DNA from: Candidatus Calditenuaceae archaeon HR02
Lineage (GTDB): Archaea; Thermoproteota; Nitrososphaeria_A; Caldarchaeales; Calditenuaceae
Length of the DNA: 64,000 nucleotides
Direction: 5' to 3'
NCBI GenBank assembly: GCA_002898395.1
Contig: BEHE01000012.1
Coordinates: forward strand, 1-64,000
The position numbers were made by a program, and so were the translations under genes. Positions 19,343 to 30,110 of this stretch are shown piece by piece. Under the pieces are notes generated by a model that was not told where the DNA came from, did not search any database, and saw only the letters and a program-made list of their open reading frames with translations. Position 1 is the first letter of the stretch. Each line of letters starts with the position of its first letter.

Positions 19343-20025
19343 ATGCTACTATCCCCACCCACTCTAACCGAGTTTATCTACGTCACAGCCTTGTTTGCTT
19401 GGGTGCTTCTTGTAAGCCATTACATCTGCAAGAGGACCTACAACGCATTCTTAAAAAAGGGGGGTATGAACACCTTGTAGCCGTATACTATAATAGGAAA
19501 ATAATCCACATCCTGGCTGGGGGACTGGTCTCTGTCCTCGTTCCGCTTCTGTTTAAGAGCTTCGTATTAATAGCTATACTAGTCGCAGTTCTCGCCGTCG
19601 GAAACTATCTTCCCCACCGGAGTGGAAAGATTTGGTATTGGTATCAGATAAAGGAAAACATGTATGAGGTACACTTCATACTGATGTGGGGATTGATGAT
19701 GTGTTTAGGATTTCTCTCAGGCAACCTCGCTATTGGTGTGTTGCCCATCCTGTTCATGAGCATAGGTGATGGTATCACCGGGATCGTGAGAAACATGATC
19801 TATCAACGGAGAACTAAGTCCTGGTGGGGTAATCTAGCCGTGGCCCTCTTCTGCATCCCCACTGGCTACCTCTTGCTAGGAGTCTCTGGCGCTGTGGCGG
19901 GGGCGGCCGCCTCGATTATAGAGAAACTCGAATTCGGAAGGGTTGATGACAACATTACGGTTCCTCTTGTATCGTTCACAACTCTTTTAGCACTCCCCAT
20001 AAGCGGGGTTCCTGTTTTCGTCTAA
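19343..20025 (+). CDS. dolichol/phytol kinase-like membrane protein (CTP_transf_1 family), split by a -1 frameshift
   Basis: NRKIIHILAGG, IGDGITG, TKSWWG, DDNITVP; the N-terminal TM segment from ATG 19343 is in another frame and joins at A6G6 (19453-19464). Confidence 0.75.
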
Positions 20026-20098
20026 ATCAACTATTATCGTCTGACATCCTATGTAAAAAATTTATTTTGGCGCATGGGGATATCAATCGGGGCCCCTG

Positions 20099-20398
20099 AT
20101 GTCTTACTGGATGAAGATGCATAGGTCGTTGACTGGCGAGGTAGTTGTCGCGGTTTGTGACTCAGAGCTGCTGGGATTGAGATTGAGGGTTCGCGATGGG
20201 TATGAGGTCTCTGTCAGCCCCGATTTTTACATGGGAAGGGTGGTTGATTGGGAGGGAGTTAAAAGAGCCATGGAAGGTGCGACTATCATAAATTTGTTGG
20301 GGAATGACGTGGTTTCAAGGGCTATATCCGAAGGGCTGGTGTGTGAGTCTGCCTGCATCGAGGTCGGCGGAATAAAGCATGTCCAGCTCTTCAGATAG
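20099..20398 (+). CDS. DUF424 family protein
   Basis: VVAVCDSELLG, FYMG, ATIINLLG, GGIKHVQ. Confidence 0.85.
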   Translation: MSYWMKMHRSLTGEVVVAVCDSELLGLRLRVRDGYEVSVSPDFYMGRVVDWEGVKRAMEGATIINLLGNDVVSRAISEGLVCESACIEVGGIKHVQLFR

Positions 20399-21533
20399 TT
20401 TCACGAGTCAGGTTAATGAATTCCTCAACCGTCCGAAGGAGCCTCGGCCTCTCTCGGCCCCGTATAGACAATATTTTGTCCTCGAGAGCACTTATCTCCT
20501 CAACACCCTCCACTACGCTTAACTCTATCTCAATCCCTCTACTCTCGCGCGGCGCTAGGAACTGGAGTGTTCCGAAGCGTCTCTCTACGTCTCTTCCTAA
20601 TACAAGGGCGTTCGCAGGCTCTATTCCCAGAACGTATGTCCCCTCCCCCATCATCTTCCACTCTATCAGGCGGTTGAGGCTCGACTTTCTAAACCGAAGT
20701 ACGACGGCCAAGCCGTTTTGGAGCCTTTTATTTACTAGGGCGGCGTAGGCATATCCGTCAGGGTCGGTGGCCAGGTCGTGGAAATAGACTTTTTCCCTAT
20801 ACCCTTTTTGAGGCTCCTCGAAACTGTCAAAGCATTCTGCCCCCTCGGCAGCGTCAGCGTCTCTGGGGACGACGAGGCGCGAAGTTGAAAGTAATTCCGA
20901 GTCCCTGCTTAGTAGGGTGTACCCGAAGTTGAAGTGGTAGAGTATCATGAAAGGCTGTGGATACCATCCGTTGTTGACGATTGTATCTTTTATCAGGATT
21001 CGGCTTTCTCCAAGTCGGGTCTCTATTCTTCGGTGGAGGGAGATGTTAGGCTCAAAAACCTTTACCTCCCTTACCTCTCCCTCAATCTCAAGAATGTAAT
21101 CGTCTCCCTCCCACCTACCCCTACAGACCTTCAGCCTAGCTGGAATATATGATACTCGCCCATGTAGCCCGAGTTGTTCACCTTCATCAATAGTCGGTCG
21201 CCCGAAGTATGTTAAGCCACAGGTCGTGAGGGCCCCTCCGAAAAACCCTCTCAGCCAGTTTAAGCCCTCAGGCTCGTAGAATGCAGGTGACTGTATACCG
21301 GTCGGACTTATCCATGCTAATGGAATACCCTTGTATTCGAGGTTTGCGATGTCGAGTGCTCGGTCAACCACTATGGTCGCGTTTAGCAGTCCCGTCCTAA
21401 GGATGATACATCTCACACCGCTCTCCGGTCCTTCTTTAAGCTCGCAAAGAGATAACCCGCCTACCTGAGATATATCGCCAATATATCTTTCAAGCCTATC
21501 CCTGTTTAGCCGCTCACCGAAAAGGGTGGTCAC
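20391..21533 (-). CDS. aldose 1-epimerase-like (DUF4432) protein
   Basis: DRALDI, LTTCGL, LHGRVSY, MILYHFNFG, YVLGIEP. Confidence 0.85.
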   Translation of the reverse strand: MTTLFGERLNRDRLERYIGDISQVGGLSLCELKEGPESGVRCIILRTGLLNATIVVDRALDIANLEYKGIPLAWISPTGIQSPAFYEPEGLNWLRGFFGGALTTCGLTYFGRPTIDEGEQLGLHGRVSYIPARLKVCRGRWEGDDYILEIEGEVREVKVFEPNISLHRRIETRLGESRILIKDTIVNNGWYPQPFMILYHFNFGYTLLSRDSELLSTSRLVVPRDADAAEGAECFDSFEEPQKGYREKVYFHDLATDPDGYAYAALVNKRLQNGLAVVLRFRKSSLNRLIEWKMMGEGTYVLGIEPANALVLGRDVERRFGTLQFLAPRESRGIEIELSVVEGVEEISALEDKILSIRGRERPRLLRTVEEFINLTRETI

Positions 21534-21564
21534 AAAAACTCTTGGAACGCGTTGGCTATATTTT

Positions 21565-22770
21565 TTATCCGGTCTGAAGCTTTCCTAACGCCCTGTAAAA
21601 AGTGTCTACAGCATCTCCTGTTGAGCATTTTTGATATCCTAGCGAGGTTAGGGTCTCTGATAGTGCGGTGAGTGTTGGGATGAGGAAGCGGGGACTAGCA
21701 GTATAGCCCATATGTCCTATTCGTATGGCTGTTTCCTCAGTTGCAGCTATCCCCCTGCTTATCATGATTCTGTAGTCGCGCAGCATCTTTCCAACTATGT
21801 GCTCAATCTTTCCCCGGAGGTCGGGGGGCAATTCTATTGCGGTTATCGTAGGAGAGGCGTACTCCTCATTCTTGCTTACAAATCCCAGTCCCATGGCCTT
21901 AGTCGCAGCCCTGAAGGCCGCGGCCATCCTACGATGCCGCTCATACCTCTTCTCTAAACCCTCTTCTAACGCCACCTCCGCAGCCACCTTCAAGGCTAAA
22001 TAGGCATACGTGTTCACCGTGGTGGGATAGGGGTGGCCATGGCTGGCCCAGTTCCTTCTATACCATCTCCAGACACGCAGATTTGTCATCCAGGTGGCAG
22101 GATGTACAAGCCCCCTCTCCACCCTCTCCCAGACCTCGTTGCTTATCGAGACCGGAAGAGCCCCAGGAACCCCGCTCAAACACTTGTTAGGGTAGCCGAC
22201 ACAGACATCGATACCCCAGCCATCGACATCGAGATCGGCCCCGCCAAAGGCTGAGATAGAATCGACAACGGTGAACAGCCCTCTCTTCTTCGCTATCTCA
22301 ACATACTGGGGAATTGGGTTCAGTATGCCTGTGGCTGACTCATTCTGCACTACTATTAGTGCGACCGCGTCGGGGTTTTTGTCTAGGCACTCTTTGAGCG
22401 CCTCTATGGAGACGATGTATCCTGGGGGGGAGCTGAGAGTTACAACCTCCGCGGCACAGTAGCTAGCTATCTCTGCAAACCTATCCCCAAAGAATCCATT
22501 TGTCAGGGCGACCACCTTATCCCCCCGGTTAGCCACGTTGACAACCCCCAGCTCCAGGCCCAGGCATCCAGGTCCAGGCATCACTATAACCTCGTTCCTC
22601 GTCCTGAAGATCTTCCTAACAGCCTCCTCAACTCCCCAGTATATCTCACCCCACTCGGAGCCGTAATGCGGGTAGAACCTGCCTGTCAAGACCTGCCTAA
22701 CCCGCGGATGCAGCTCAGAGGGTCCCGGAATCATTAATACAGGGTCTTCAGACCAGTACTGGCTCATCAC
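21565..22770 (-). CDS. class V PLP aminotransferase (alanine-glyoxylate/serine-pyruvate family)
   Basis: LMIPGP, NESATG, VDSISAFGG, PNKCL (PLP Lys), RIGHMG. Confidence 0.9.
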   Translation of the reverse strand: MMSQYWSEDPVLMIPGPSELHPRVRQVLTGRFYPHYGSEWGEIYWGVEEAVRKIFRTRNEVIVMPGPGCLGLELGVVNVANRGDKVVALTNGFFGDRFAEIASYCAAEVVTLSSPPGYIVSIEALKECLDKNPDAVALIVVQNESATGILNPIPQYVEIAKKRGLFTVVDSISAFGGADLDVDGWGIDVCVGYPNKCLSGVPGALPVSISNEVWERVERGLVHPATWMTNLRVWRWYRRNWASHGHPYPTTVNTYAYLALKVAAEVALEEGLEKRYERHRRMAAAFRAATKAMGLGFVSKNEEYASPTITAIELPPDLRGKIEHIVGKMLRDYRIMISRGIAATEETAIRIGHMGYTASPRFLIPTLTALSETLTSLGYQKCSTGDAVDTFYRALGKLQTG

Positions 22771-22810
22771 CTCATATTGTCTAAAAATTATGATAAAAAT
22801 CTCGCTTCAC

Positions 22811-23776
22811 TTAGGTAAGGTCGCTGAGATCCAACTCTCCACGCCTTAGGAGTCCGAGGAAAAACTCTGCAGTCTTTGCTACTCCCTCCCTCGCAGGAGT
22901 CTTCTTGAGGGGACCCAAATCCTTCTCTGTCTCAGAGTCGTCCAAGTAGGCAGGGATGGGTAGGGGTTTATCCTCAAACGTTATGAGCCCGCTAACGCCA
23001 GTAGCCTCCTCTATAATCTTCACAAGCTCCGCGACACTTATCACGTCTCCCCGCACGTTATAAACCCGAGCACCATCAAAGTCCTTAATTGCAGAAATGG
23101 CAAATAGGTGCGCCACATCCTCCACATACTGCATATCTATTAAACCGCCAAACCTTATCCTGTAGGGCCTGCGGGCTATTGCCGCCTTTATGGCGCGGGA
23201 GGCGTCAGACGTCACGCCGACGTCGCGCCCATAACCGTAGACAACCTGTGGTCTAAGACCGACACTCGGGATACCTGACTCATGCCAATAGGCGTTTGCA
23301 GTCAGCTCGTTGCATACCTTGTAGGCGCCGTAATGGGTTGTCGGTTTTAGAGGGGCGTTAACAGGTACCGGGCCTTCACCGTAAAGCTCCGGGGGACCGA
23401 AAACAGCAGCCGAGCTCGCATAGACAACACGTCTAACGATATCGCGATTCTTCTTCGCCGCCTCAAAGACCCTTAGAGTCCCTATCACATTGACGAGTGC
23501 GCCCCTCACAGGATCCGCCCTGCATTGCGGGATCTGAAAGGCTGCTAGGTGGATTATAGCATCAACGCCATAGTTCCTAACTATGTTCTCTATGAAGCCC
23601 TCATCGACAATATCGCCCCTAACGAATGGAAGCCTGTCAGCCCCATCGACGACGTATCTAAGCCTCGATAAGTCGCCGGAAACATCGGTCAGAACTACTC
23701 GCTCGCCAAGCTCTAGCAGGCGCCTCACAGTCCAAGCACCTATGAAGCCACATGCACCAGTAACAAGTATCGGCAT
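22811..23776 (-). CDS. NAD-dependent epimerase/dehydratase (extended SDR)
   Basis: TGACGFIG, ASSAAVFG, YGAYK. Confidence 0.9.
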   Translation of the reverse strand: MPILVTGACGFIGAWTVRRLLELGERVVLTDVSGDLSRLRYVVDGADRLPFVRGDIVDEGFIENIVRNYGVDAIIHLAAFQIPQCRADPVRGALVNVIGTLRVFEAAKKNRDIVRRVVYASSAAVFGPPELYGEGPVPVNAPLKPTTHYGAYKVCNELTANAYWHESGIPSVGLRPQVVYGYGRDVGVTSDASRAIKAAIARRPYRIRFGGLIDMQYVEDVAHLFAISAIKDFDGARVYNVRGDVISVAELVKIIEEATGVSGLITFEDKPLPIPAYLDDSETEKDLGPLKKTPAREGVAKTAEFFLGLLRRGELDLSDLT

Positions 23777-23974
23777 CGGGCCCTCAGCGTATCAAGAGCA
23801 TCTGAGAGGATTTAAACAGTACTATGAAAGATACACAGATCTGTGGAATGGCCCAGTCAGATATTGGAGTAATTCCCATCACAATGGCCGTGAAGACGTA
23901 ACAGCGAGGCAGATGACCGGAAAACATGTAGGGACGGGCTAGATGCTCAAAGGAGTGTAAAACTCGGCTTAATT

Positions 23975-24048
23975 AGCCCCGGGCGGGGTTTGAACCCGCG
24001 ACCTGCCGCTTACAAGGCGGCCGCTCTACCTGGCTGAGCTACCGGGGC
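23975..24048 (-). tRNA. tRNA-Thr(UGU)
   Basis: GCCCCGGTAGCTCAG...GCCGC-CTTGTAA-GCGGC...GGGTTCAAACCC...CCGGGGCT cloverleaf. Confidence 0.95.
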
Positions 24049-24209
24049 AGCACTTGTTACCCTGACACTCCTCTATTTAGCCATCCCTTTCAACGTTCTC
24101 TAACACTTAGTCTAAGCCCATCCTCCACGGTACGAGCTCGCGTTGAAAGGGAGCTGGAGGAGCAGCTATTCGACAGGCTCGTAGAAGTTGAATTCCTAAG
24201 ATCGCTAGC

Positions 24210-24339
24210 CTGAGATGCTACCCAGCCGCGGGAAGTGGTGCGCATGGTAGGGGATTTAAATACTCCTCAAAACACCAACAATACATAAACACAGAGCAGA
24301 TTAGATGCAACACAAAACTAAGAATAAGTCAAGAAGATA
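24210..24339 (+). repeat. dispersed element, copy B
   Basis: Aligns end to end with 7821-7950. Confidence 0.88.
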
Positions 24340-24772
24340 GGAGGCTGAGGGTAACCCATTCAGTTCAGAGGCGTAGGCATGGGCCTTCTAAGTATCCGAC
24401 ATACACCTATTCAATCCCTCCGAGCCAGACGTTGTTATAATCATTTTAACTGAGGTAAGCTGAGGCATATGGTTGGGCCGTTCTTCCCAATTCGGTTGGA
24501 GGAGGTAGACAATCAGAGGATTATCCACTTTGTGCGCCAAGAAATGTGGTTACATGGTTCTGAATGTGGGTCGGGGCAGCTAGGGAAACCAGTGTAGCCT
24601 ATGCGGAGGCTGGAGGCCCCTCCATACCTTTTCATCCTCGAGGCCACCCGATCCTAACTATTTGACCACTCGACAAATTTTCGTCCTAACACCTTTTGTT
24701 CAGTGTGTGAAGGCTAGAAGCATACAGCCACTTCATTAAAGCTTACATAGTAATCTCGGCAGTCGCTATGTT

Positions 24773-25351
24773 GTGATAGAAGAGGTTCTGAAGAGCACTA
24801 TCGTCCTTTTTGTGGTTGTGGACCCTATTGGGAATATTCCGATACTCATTGAGCTTACCCGTGGCCTTAGCTCTGACGGTCGTAAAAGGGTCTTCAACCT
24901 TGCTACACTAGTTGGGTCCGCGCTTCTACTCGTCTTCGCATTTGCGGGCCACCAGATCCTCTCACTTTTCAACGTCTCCCTTCACAGCTTTAAAATTGCG
25001 GGTGGGATCCTTTTCCTCTTCCTATCCCTTCAAATCCTCGTCTATGGGGGTGAGAAACTTTTAGCAAAGACCGGCGACGTCGGTGTTTTTCCCATAGGAT
25101 TCCCACTGCTCGTGGGCCCAGGTGCAATAACCACGACCATGATAACCATAAACACATCAGGCCAGCTCGTGGCAATCACGTCTGTACTAATAGTTATGCT
25201 TCTCAGCTGGATAGTTCTCAGAAGTATAGAAACTCTTCACCGACTTTTGGGGAAAGTAGGTGCCGACGTCATTGCCCGTGTAATGGCCATTATCTTGGCG
25301 GCTATAGCCATCGAGTATATTTTATCGGGCGCTAGAGAGGCTATCGGATAA
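24773..25351 (+). CDS. MarC family membrane protein
   Basis: VVDPIGNIP, FKIAGG, FPIGFPLLVGPGAIT. Confidence 0.92.
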   Translation: MIEEVLKSTIVLFVVVDPIGNIPILIELTRGLSSDGRKRVFNLATLVGSALLLVFAFAGHQILSLFNVSLHSFKIAGGILFLFLSLQILVYGGEKLLAKTGDVGVFPIGFPLLVGPGAITTTMITINTSGQLVAITSVLIVMLLSWIVLRSIETLHRLLGKVGADVIARVMAIILAAIAIEYILSGAREAIG

Positions 25352-25409
25352 ATAGCTACCAGAGAGCATTAGGCTTTAATATGGGGACTCCAAAGTGATT
25401 TGATGAGAG

Positions 25410-25530
25410 CCCGGCGTAGCTCAGCCTGGTAGAGCATCCGGCTGTAGAGGCCGGCATCCAGCCGTGCCTTTGCCAGCCTACCGGGCTAACAGAAACCGGA
25501 GGGCCGCAGGTTCAAATCCTGCCGCCGGGA
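25410..25530 (+). tRNA. tRNA-Tyr(GUA) with 47-nt intron at 37/38 (25448-25494)
   Basis: CCCGGCG acceptor, TCCGG-CTGTAG|A-CCGGA anticodon arm after intron removal, GGTTCAAATCC T-loop; CTGT/ACAG central helix. Confidence 0.93.
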
Positions 25531-25679
25531 TATGCCGGAATATAATATTCCGAGAAAGTTTAAGGGGGAAAAGGGGGTGAGTTTTCGTCTGTGCTTCATC
25601 ATATTACTACCGATACTTGTCTGTACGTTCTCACAAACCTCCCACCAGTCCTTCCTGCTGCTCACATCGTCTACACGTC

Positions 25680-26030
25680 GTTCCACCGCCCTCATAGACA
25701 GCTGTAGCAGCCCTCTCTCCCTAGTTATAGACGTTCCGACCTTATCCAAGAGCTTCCAGTGATCCTCGGGTAGATATATATTACAAATCTTTTCTTTCTT
25801 ACTTAAATTCTATCCGCCGCTCTTCCCTCGAATGCCATCGTTTGCTACCCTTCTCTCCCATATTATCAGTGGACTCATACTTACCCCAAGCTCGGCAAGT
25901 AGCTGTCTGTTATATTCGAGTAATTCGACATCGGTGTTCGTGTAGGCTGGCATCAATCCTACTCCACCACCATCGAAGAATCCTCTTCGGAATCCCAGTC
26001 TCGCATCGGGGTTGGAGAAATGCCTCCCCG
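25680..26030 (-). pseudogene. degenerate LAGLIDADG homing-endonuclease-like fragment
   Basis: ARLGFRRGFFDGGG (cf. FLRGFFDxEG), YTNTDVELLEYNRQLLAELGV, then frameshifted RKKKICNIYL...LLDKVGTSITRE; boundaries approximate. Confidence 0.6.
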
Positions 26031-26152
26031 CCGCTGGTAGTGGCACGTATGGTAGGTGATTTAAATACCCCTCAAAATGCCAACAATACATAAACACAGA
26101 GCAGGCAGACGCCCTATATGCAAAACATAACAAGAAACAACTCGTGAAGATA
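25989..26152 (+). repeat. dispersed element, copy C (long form)
   Basis: Same core; extends ~25 bp further left (GGAATCCCAGTCTCGCATCGGGGTTG), shared with copy D. Confidence 0.85.
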
Positions 26153-26451
26153 AATAAGCTACCCAGAGATGTGCCTCCGATGTGGGCGGGATGGTCGGAT
26201 GCACCATCCTATCCTTAAGCATGAGGCTTAGGCAGTTTCTGAGTATTCTACTGTAGAGCCAGTAGCCATGCTTGAAATAGCCGCAAACATTGGAGAATAG
26301 ATATATAATATCTTCCCATCCCCTGAGAGGGTGATGGTTAGGCTCTCGAGCCGGACACATTCCCTCCTCTTACCAGCGATGCATCCTAGCTAAATATTGG
26401 GTTATGAGACGTGTGAGGATGGGGGTTAAATAATTCAACCCCCATTAATCT

Positions 26452-26889
26452 ATGGCAGAAATGGGGAATGGGGAGTTCGCGGCAAGGCAGCTGATTAAGG
26501 TTAGAAAGAGGTTTAGATGGAGCCAGAGGCGATACAAGATTAGGATGCTTAATCTCAAGGAGAAGTTCGACCCGTTAGAGGGCGCACCTATGGCGAAGGG
26601 GATCGTAATCGAGAAGAAAGGTATAGAATCGCGGCAGCCAAACAGCGCTGTCAGGAAGTGTGTCCGGGTGCAGCTGACGAAGAATGGGAAGGTAGTGACC
26701 GCGTTCCTGCCTGGGGACGGAGCCCTGAATGTAGTTGACGAACATGACGAGGTGATTATACAGGGGATAGGAGGCACATTGGGAAAGAGCTACGGAGACT
26801 TGCCGGGGGTCAGATATGAGGTAGTCACGGTAAATGGTGTCCCTCTAAAGCTGCTTGTGCTTGGGAAGGCTAAGAAGCCGAGACGCTAA
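26452..26889 (+). CDS. rps12: 30S ribosomal protein S12
   Basis: [27 protein letters not shown]. Confidence 0.97.
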   Translation: MAEMGNGEFAARQLIKVRKRFRWSQRRYKIRMLNLKEKFDPLEGAPMAKGIVIEKKGIESRQPNSAVRKCVRVQLTKNGKVVTAFLPGDGALNVVDEHDEVIIQGIGGTLGKSYGDLPGVRYEVVTVNGVPLKLLVLGKAKKPRR

Positions 26890-29479
26890 AACGCCTATAA
26901 GCTTGCACTGCAGATACAGCGATCAACACACAAGATGATAGGAGAATGGTATAGAAGCTTATGGGAACCCTAACCTGGACTCTTTGGGAGCCTGGTTCTG
27001 CAGAAGACTCAAAGACCATCCATCTAGCTACTATTTCTCTTGCCGAAGGGCTGACGGTCTTCAGCATAGCTAGTCCAGCAGAATCTGAGAAAGCATGGGA
27101 TTCTATTACATTCTCCGAGCGGAGGGCTTGGATCTCGTAAAAAGGCGCGGGAATGCCAAACTTGTCTATAACTTCGACGTCTAGGCTTCTCACGGCCAGT
27201 TTAACCTGGTAGATACCAGGCCCATTGATATACACTTCGGAGTCATCCTTTACCTCCAGACCCTTCCAGAACACCCCCAAAACGTCTAGGCGGCCCTCCG
27301 GAAGCCAGGTCTCCTCACCGCTCCACACCACGTAGACCCTTCCCAATATATCTTGAAGCCGTAACTCCACATCGAGAGGGGGCGATGTGTTAAACGCGAT
27401 GCGATATACTCTCCTATACTCGGCTCTGAGTTCAATGCTCCCATTAACCCTGATTGAAATGGTCCTTTCTCCGGACTCGAGCCCACCGGTCCATTTCACG
27501 AACTCTAACGCCTCATCCGCGCTGAGGGGTATGATGGAAGGTGTATCGAGCTGGATAACGTGGTTTATTGGGGCCCAGATTATTTTATCCACTTTTTCCA
27601 CCGGATTCCTGACCGTTATCTGGGCCTCCTCCCTCCAATACAGCACTATGGTTTTTGGCTTCTGGACCACGAACCGTAGCATGCTCTCCGCACCTTCGGA
27701 GGAGCCGATGAAAACTGCCTTCAACCCCTTATCCAGCCGCACCGATTCAGGGACATCCAACTCGAAGACCTCCCCACGCCTATACCAATTGGTCGGAGCG
27801 TCGACCTTAACAGAAGAAACAACTTCGATGAGATAATACCTCTCATACATAGGTGCTATAACTCTGGGACCCGTAACCGTTAAACTCTGCGTAGGCTCTG
27901 GTACAAGGTCTGGGTTTAGCCAGCCCGAGAAGACTGCTTTTGACCTGTTGTCCCAGAGAATCTCTCTGGGGACGCTGACTGTTATCTTGGACTCCTTGTC
28001 CGCCCATAAGAGCTCTTCTACCTCACCTCCAAGACTCCTGATAGTAAGGAGAAACTGTGTTTTCCAGACAGCGGAGAGATGTACAGGCTCTGTTAGGTTT
28101 ATCAGCAGGTAGGGTGACGTGGCTGCATGGGAGCCGTTGAACCCACTGAGTACGATTCTAGCATCTTGGGAGAGGTATACGATGCTGGGGTTGACGGTTA
28201 TGTTGAGGAGTGATCCCTCTGGCCACCATCCTGAGACTGAGGGTTCGCCGTAGTCTGATAAGACCTCGACGAGAAACTCCCTTCTATAAACCGCATATAG
28301 TTGAATGGGAGACTCCACTACAAGCTCAAGCCTAATGCTGGTACTATTTACCGCGCCCCTCCACCCGGCAAAGACCAGCCTCTCATCAGATGATAGATAG
28401 ATCACCTCGGTTGCGTTAACTGATATTCGGCCGCCCCTTCTAATCCATCCATCGAGAATAGTGCCATTAGGATATTCAACAACCACCCTGTACTCGACAT
28501 CATATACCGCTAGATAATCAGAGTGGCTGGTTGGCTTGAGTGTTAGAGAAGTGCTTGTAGAAAGTGTTTGCCCCGACCCTCTATTTCTCCACCCGGTGAA
28601 GATATACCTCTTCCAGGCCTCGCCCGCGTCTTGAATAACCGTGTTGACGTTTATAGTGAAGCTCTGACCGGCAGGTACGAATATTGTTCTGTAGAGAAGC
28701 TCGTTATCTCCAAGTAATAGGTATATCCTTATCCTAAATCTGATGGGTTCTCCGTCCGCGTCTAGAATATGGATATAATCCATGCCCGCCGGCAGGGTTA
28801 CAGTATTTGGAGGGCTTTTGAAAATTCCTCGTTCGAGCCATGCATAGATCACTGCCAAGGCGTAGAGATTCAGCGTGGAGGGTCTGGAGCCGGGGACAAG
28901 GTATTCGTACATCAAGTCTCTAGAGTTGGTAGTATGCCCTAACCCCAGCGCATGACCTATCTCATGCATTGCAACTACCAGCGCATACTCTTCCCGGCCG
29001 TTGATGCATTCACTCGATAGTTGAATTGATGCTTGTCTAATTTCTCCAGACACCGCGTTGAGGTACGTTACACCGCACACCCGCTCACCCAGACTCTCCA
29101 TATACTCTATTGTGATGTCTCCCGAGGTGCCGTTTATGCCCCGAACCAGTTTCACGAACTCGATCCTAGCCAAGTATTCGTAGCCGTAAAGTGCCGTGAA
29201 AGTCTCTATTGCCCGCCTCCACCAGTCGATAGCTCTACCCGCCCACCCCGTAAGACGCTCGTCACCGCTTGGAACAATGAGGAAGGTTAGGGTGGACTTA
29301 CTCCACGCCCCAATAATCCCTATACTATCTTCACTGGATAACTCTATGCCTACCTGTGGGCTCTCTCTCGTCCCCTCATACTGAAGCCTGTAGGCCTCAT
29401 TGATGGGGAGGGGCAGCCCCGCCCATATTGCAGCACATAGAAAAAGGACTACTAGGGTGCTGGCTGACCAGTATCCCAT
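26870..29479 (-). CDS. membrane-anchored matrixin-like (M10) zinc metalloprotease with repeated beta domains
   Basis: Signal peptide, [11 protein letters not shown] plus Met-turn DLMY, recurring FxGW repeats, C-terminal TM helix. Confidence 0.85.
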   Translation of the reverse strand: MGYWSASTLVVLFLCAAIWAGLPLPINEAYRLQYEGTRESPQVGIELSSEDSIGIIGAWSKSTLTFLIVPSGDERLTGWAGRAIDWWRRAIETFTALYGYEYLARIEFVKLVRGINGTSGDITIEYMESLGERVCGVTYLNAVSGEIRQASIQLSSECINGREEYALVVAMHEIGHALGLGHTTNSRDLMYEYLVPGSRPSTLNLYALAVIYAWLERGIFKSPPNTVTLPAGMDYIHILDADGEPIRFRIRIYLLLGDNELLYRTIFVPAGQSFTINVNTVIQDAGEAWKRYIFTGWRNRGSGQTLSTSTSLTLKPTSHSDYLAVYDVEYRVVVEYPNGTILDGWIRRGGRISVNATEVIYLSSDERLVFAGWRGAVNSTSIRLELVVESPIQLYAVYRREFLVEVLSDYGEPSVSGWWPEGSLLNITVNPSIVYLSQDARIVLSGFNGSHAATSPYLLINLTEPVHLSAVWKTQFLLTIRSLGGEVEELLWADKESKITVSVPREILWDNRSKAVFSGWLNPDLVPEPTQSLTVTGPRVIAPMYERYYLIEVVSSVKVDAPTNWYRRGEVFELDVPESVRLDKGLKAVFIGSSEGAESMLRFVVQKPKTIVLYWREEAQITVRNPVEKVDKIIWAPINHVIQLDTPSIIPLSADEALEFVKWTGGLESGERTISIRVNGSIELRAEYRRVYRIAFNTSPPLDVELRLQDILGRVYVVWSGEETWLPEGRLDVLGVFWKGLEVKDDSEVYINGPGIYQVKLAVRSLDVEVIDKFGIPAPFYEIQALRSENVIESHAFSDSAGLAMLKTVSPSAREIVARWMVFESSAEPGSQRVQVRVPISFYTILLSSCVLIAVSAVQAYRRFSVSAS

Positions 29480-29585
29480 GAAACTACTTAGGCCACGATG
29501 CGTCGCCGTATATATCAGTTGTTGAAAAGTCCAGCTACAAGGCTATAGATAGTTATCCTCGCAGGGCCCCGGATTGTTTTAAGTC

Positions 29586-30110
29586 TTAGTCAATCTGGGT
29601 TCCAAACTCGTTTCTGACGAACTCTATCCCCTCTTCTCTGGTAAGCCGGTGGGATTTGCCGATCCGTGACCGTTTAATCCGCCTCGTTGAAACCCTTAGT
29701 CCAGGCCTAGCTAGGTGCACGATAATGTCCATCCCGATTATCCCCAGTTCAGGATCGTACCTTGTACCCGGAAACTCGAGGTGCTCCTTTATCCCAAAAG
29801 CAAAATTTCCGTATTCATCGAAATTGTCACTCGAGAGTCTATTACCTACTGCTGCTAAGGCCTTTCGGAGAAGCTCCACCGCCCTCATACCTCGCAGTGT
29901 AACGACCGCCGCAATCGGCTCCCCCTTCCTTATCCCAAACCCGCGGATCGTCTTCTTCGCCTTCCTGACCGATGGCTTCTGGCCAGTCAACATCTCAAGT
30001 ATCTTTACCGCCCGCTCTAGCTTCACTCCCCCTTCTCCTATGGAGGAGTTGACAACCACCTTACAGACCCTGATTTTACGCATAGGATTTTCTAGAATAG
30101 CGCTATCCAT
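29586..30110 (-). CDS. rpl5: 50S ribosomal protein L5
   Basis: NPMRKIR, FGIRKGEPI, FGIKEH, YDPELGIIG. Confidence 0.96.
   Translation of the reverse strand: MDSAILENPMRKIRVCKVVVNSSIGEGGVKLERAVKILEMLTGQKPSVRKAKKTIRGFGIRKGEPIAAVVTLRGMRAVELLRKALAAVGNRLSSDNFDEYGNFAFGIKEHLEFPGTRYDPELGIIGMDIIVHLARPGLRVSTRRIKRSRIGKSHRLTREEGIEFVRNEFGTQID

Noticed and set aside
24084-24152. 12-bp inverted repeat TCCCTTTCAACG/CGTTGAAAGGGA with CRISPR-like TTGAAAG ends
   Set aside because: Inverted rather than direct, with no regular repeat-spacer pattern; the right arm lies in a coding-like remnant (RVERELEEQLFDRL)
24568-24654. Possible multibranch fold closed by GGGTCGGG/CCCGATCC
   Set aside because: Short GC-rich stems expected by chance; no promoter or family motif recognised
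26188-26232. Two hairpins just downstream of repeat copy C
   Set aside because: Not shared with the flanks of the other copies; cannot be distinguished from chance
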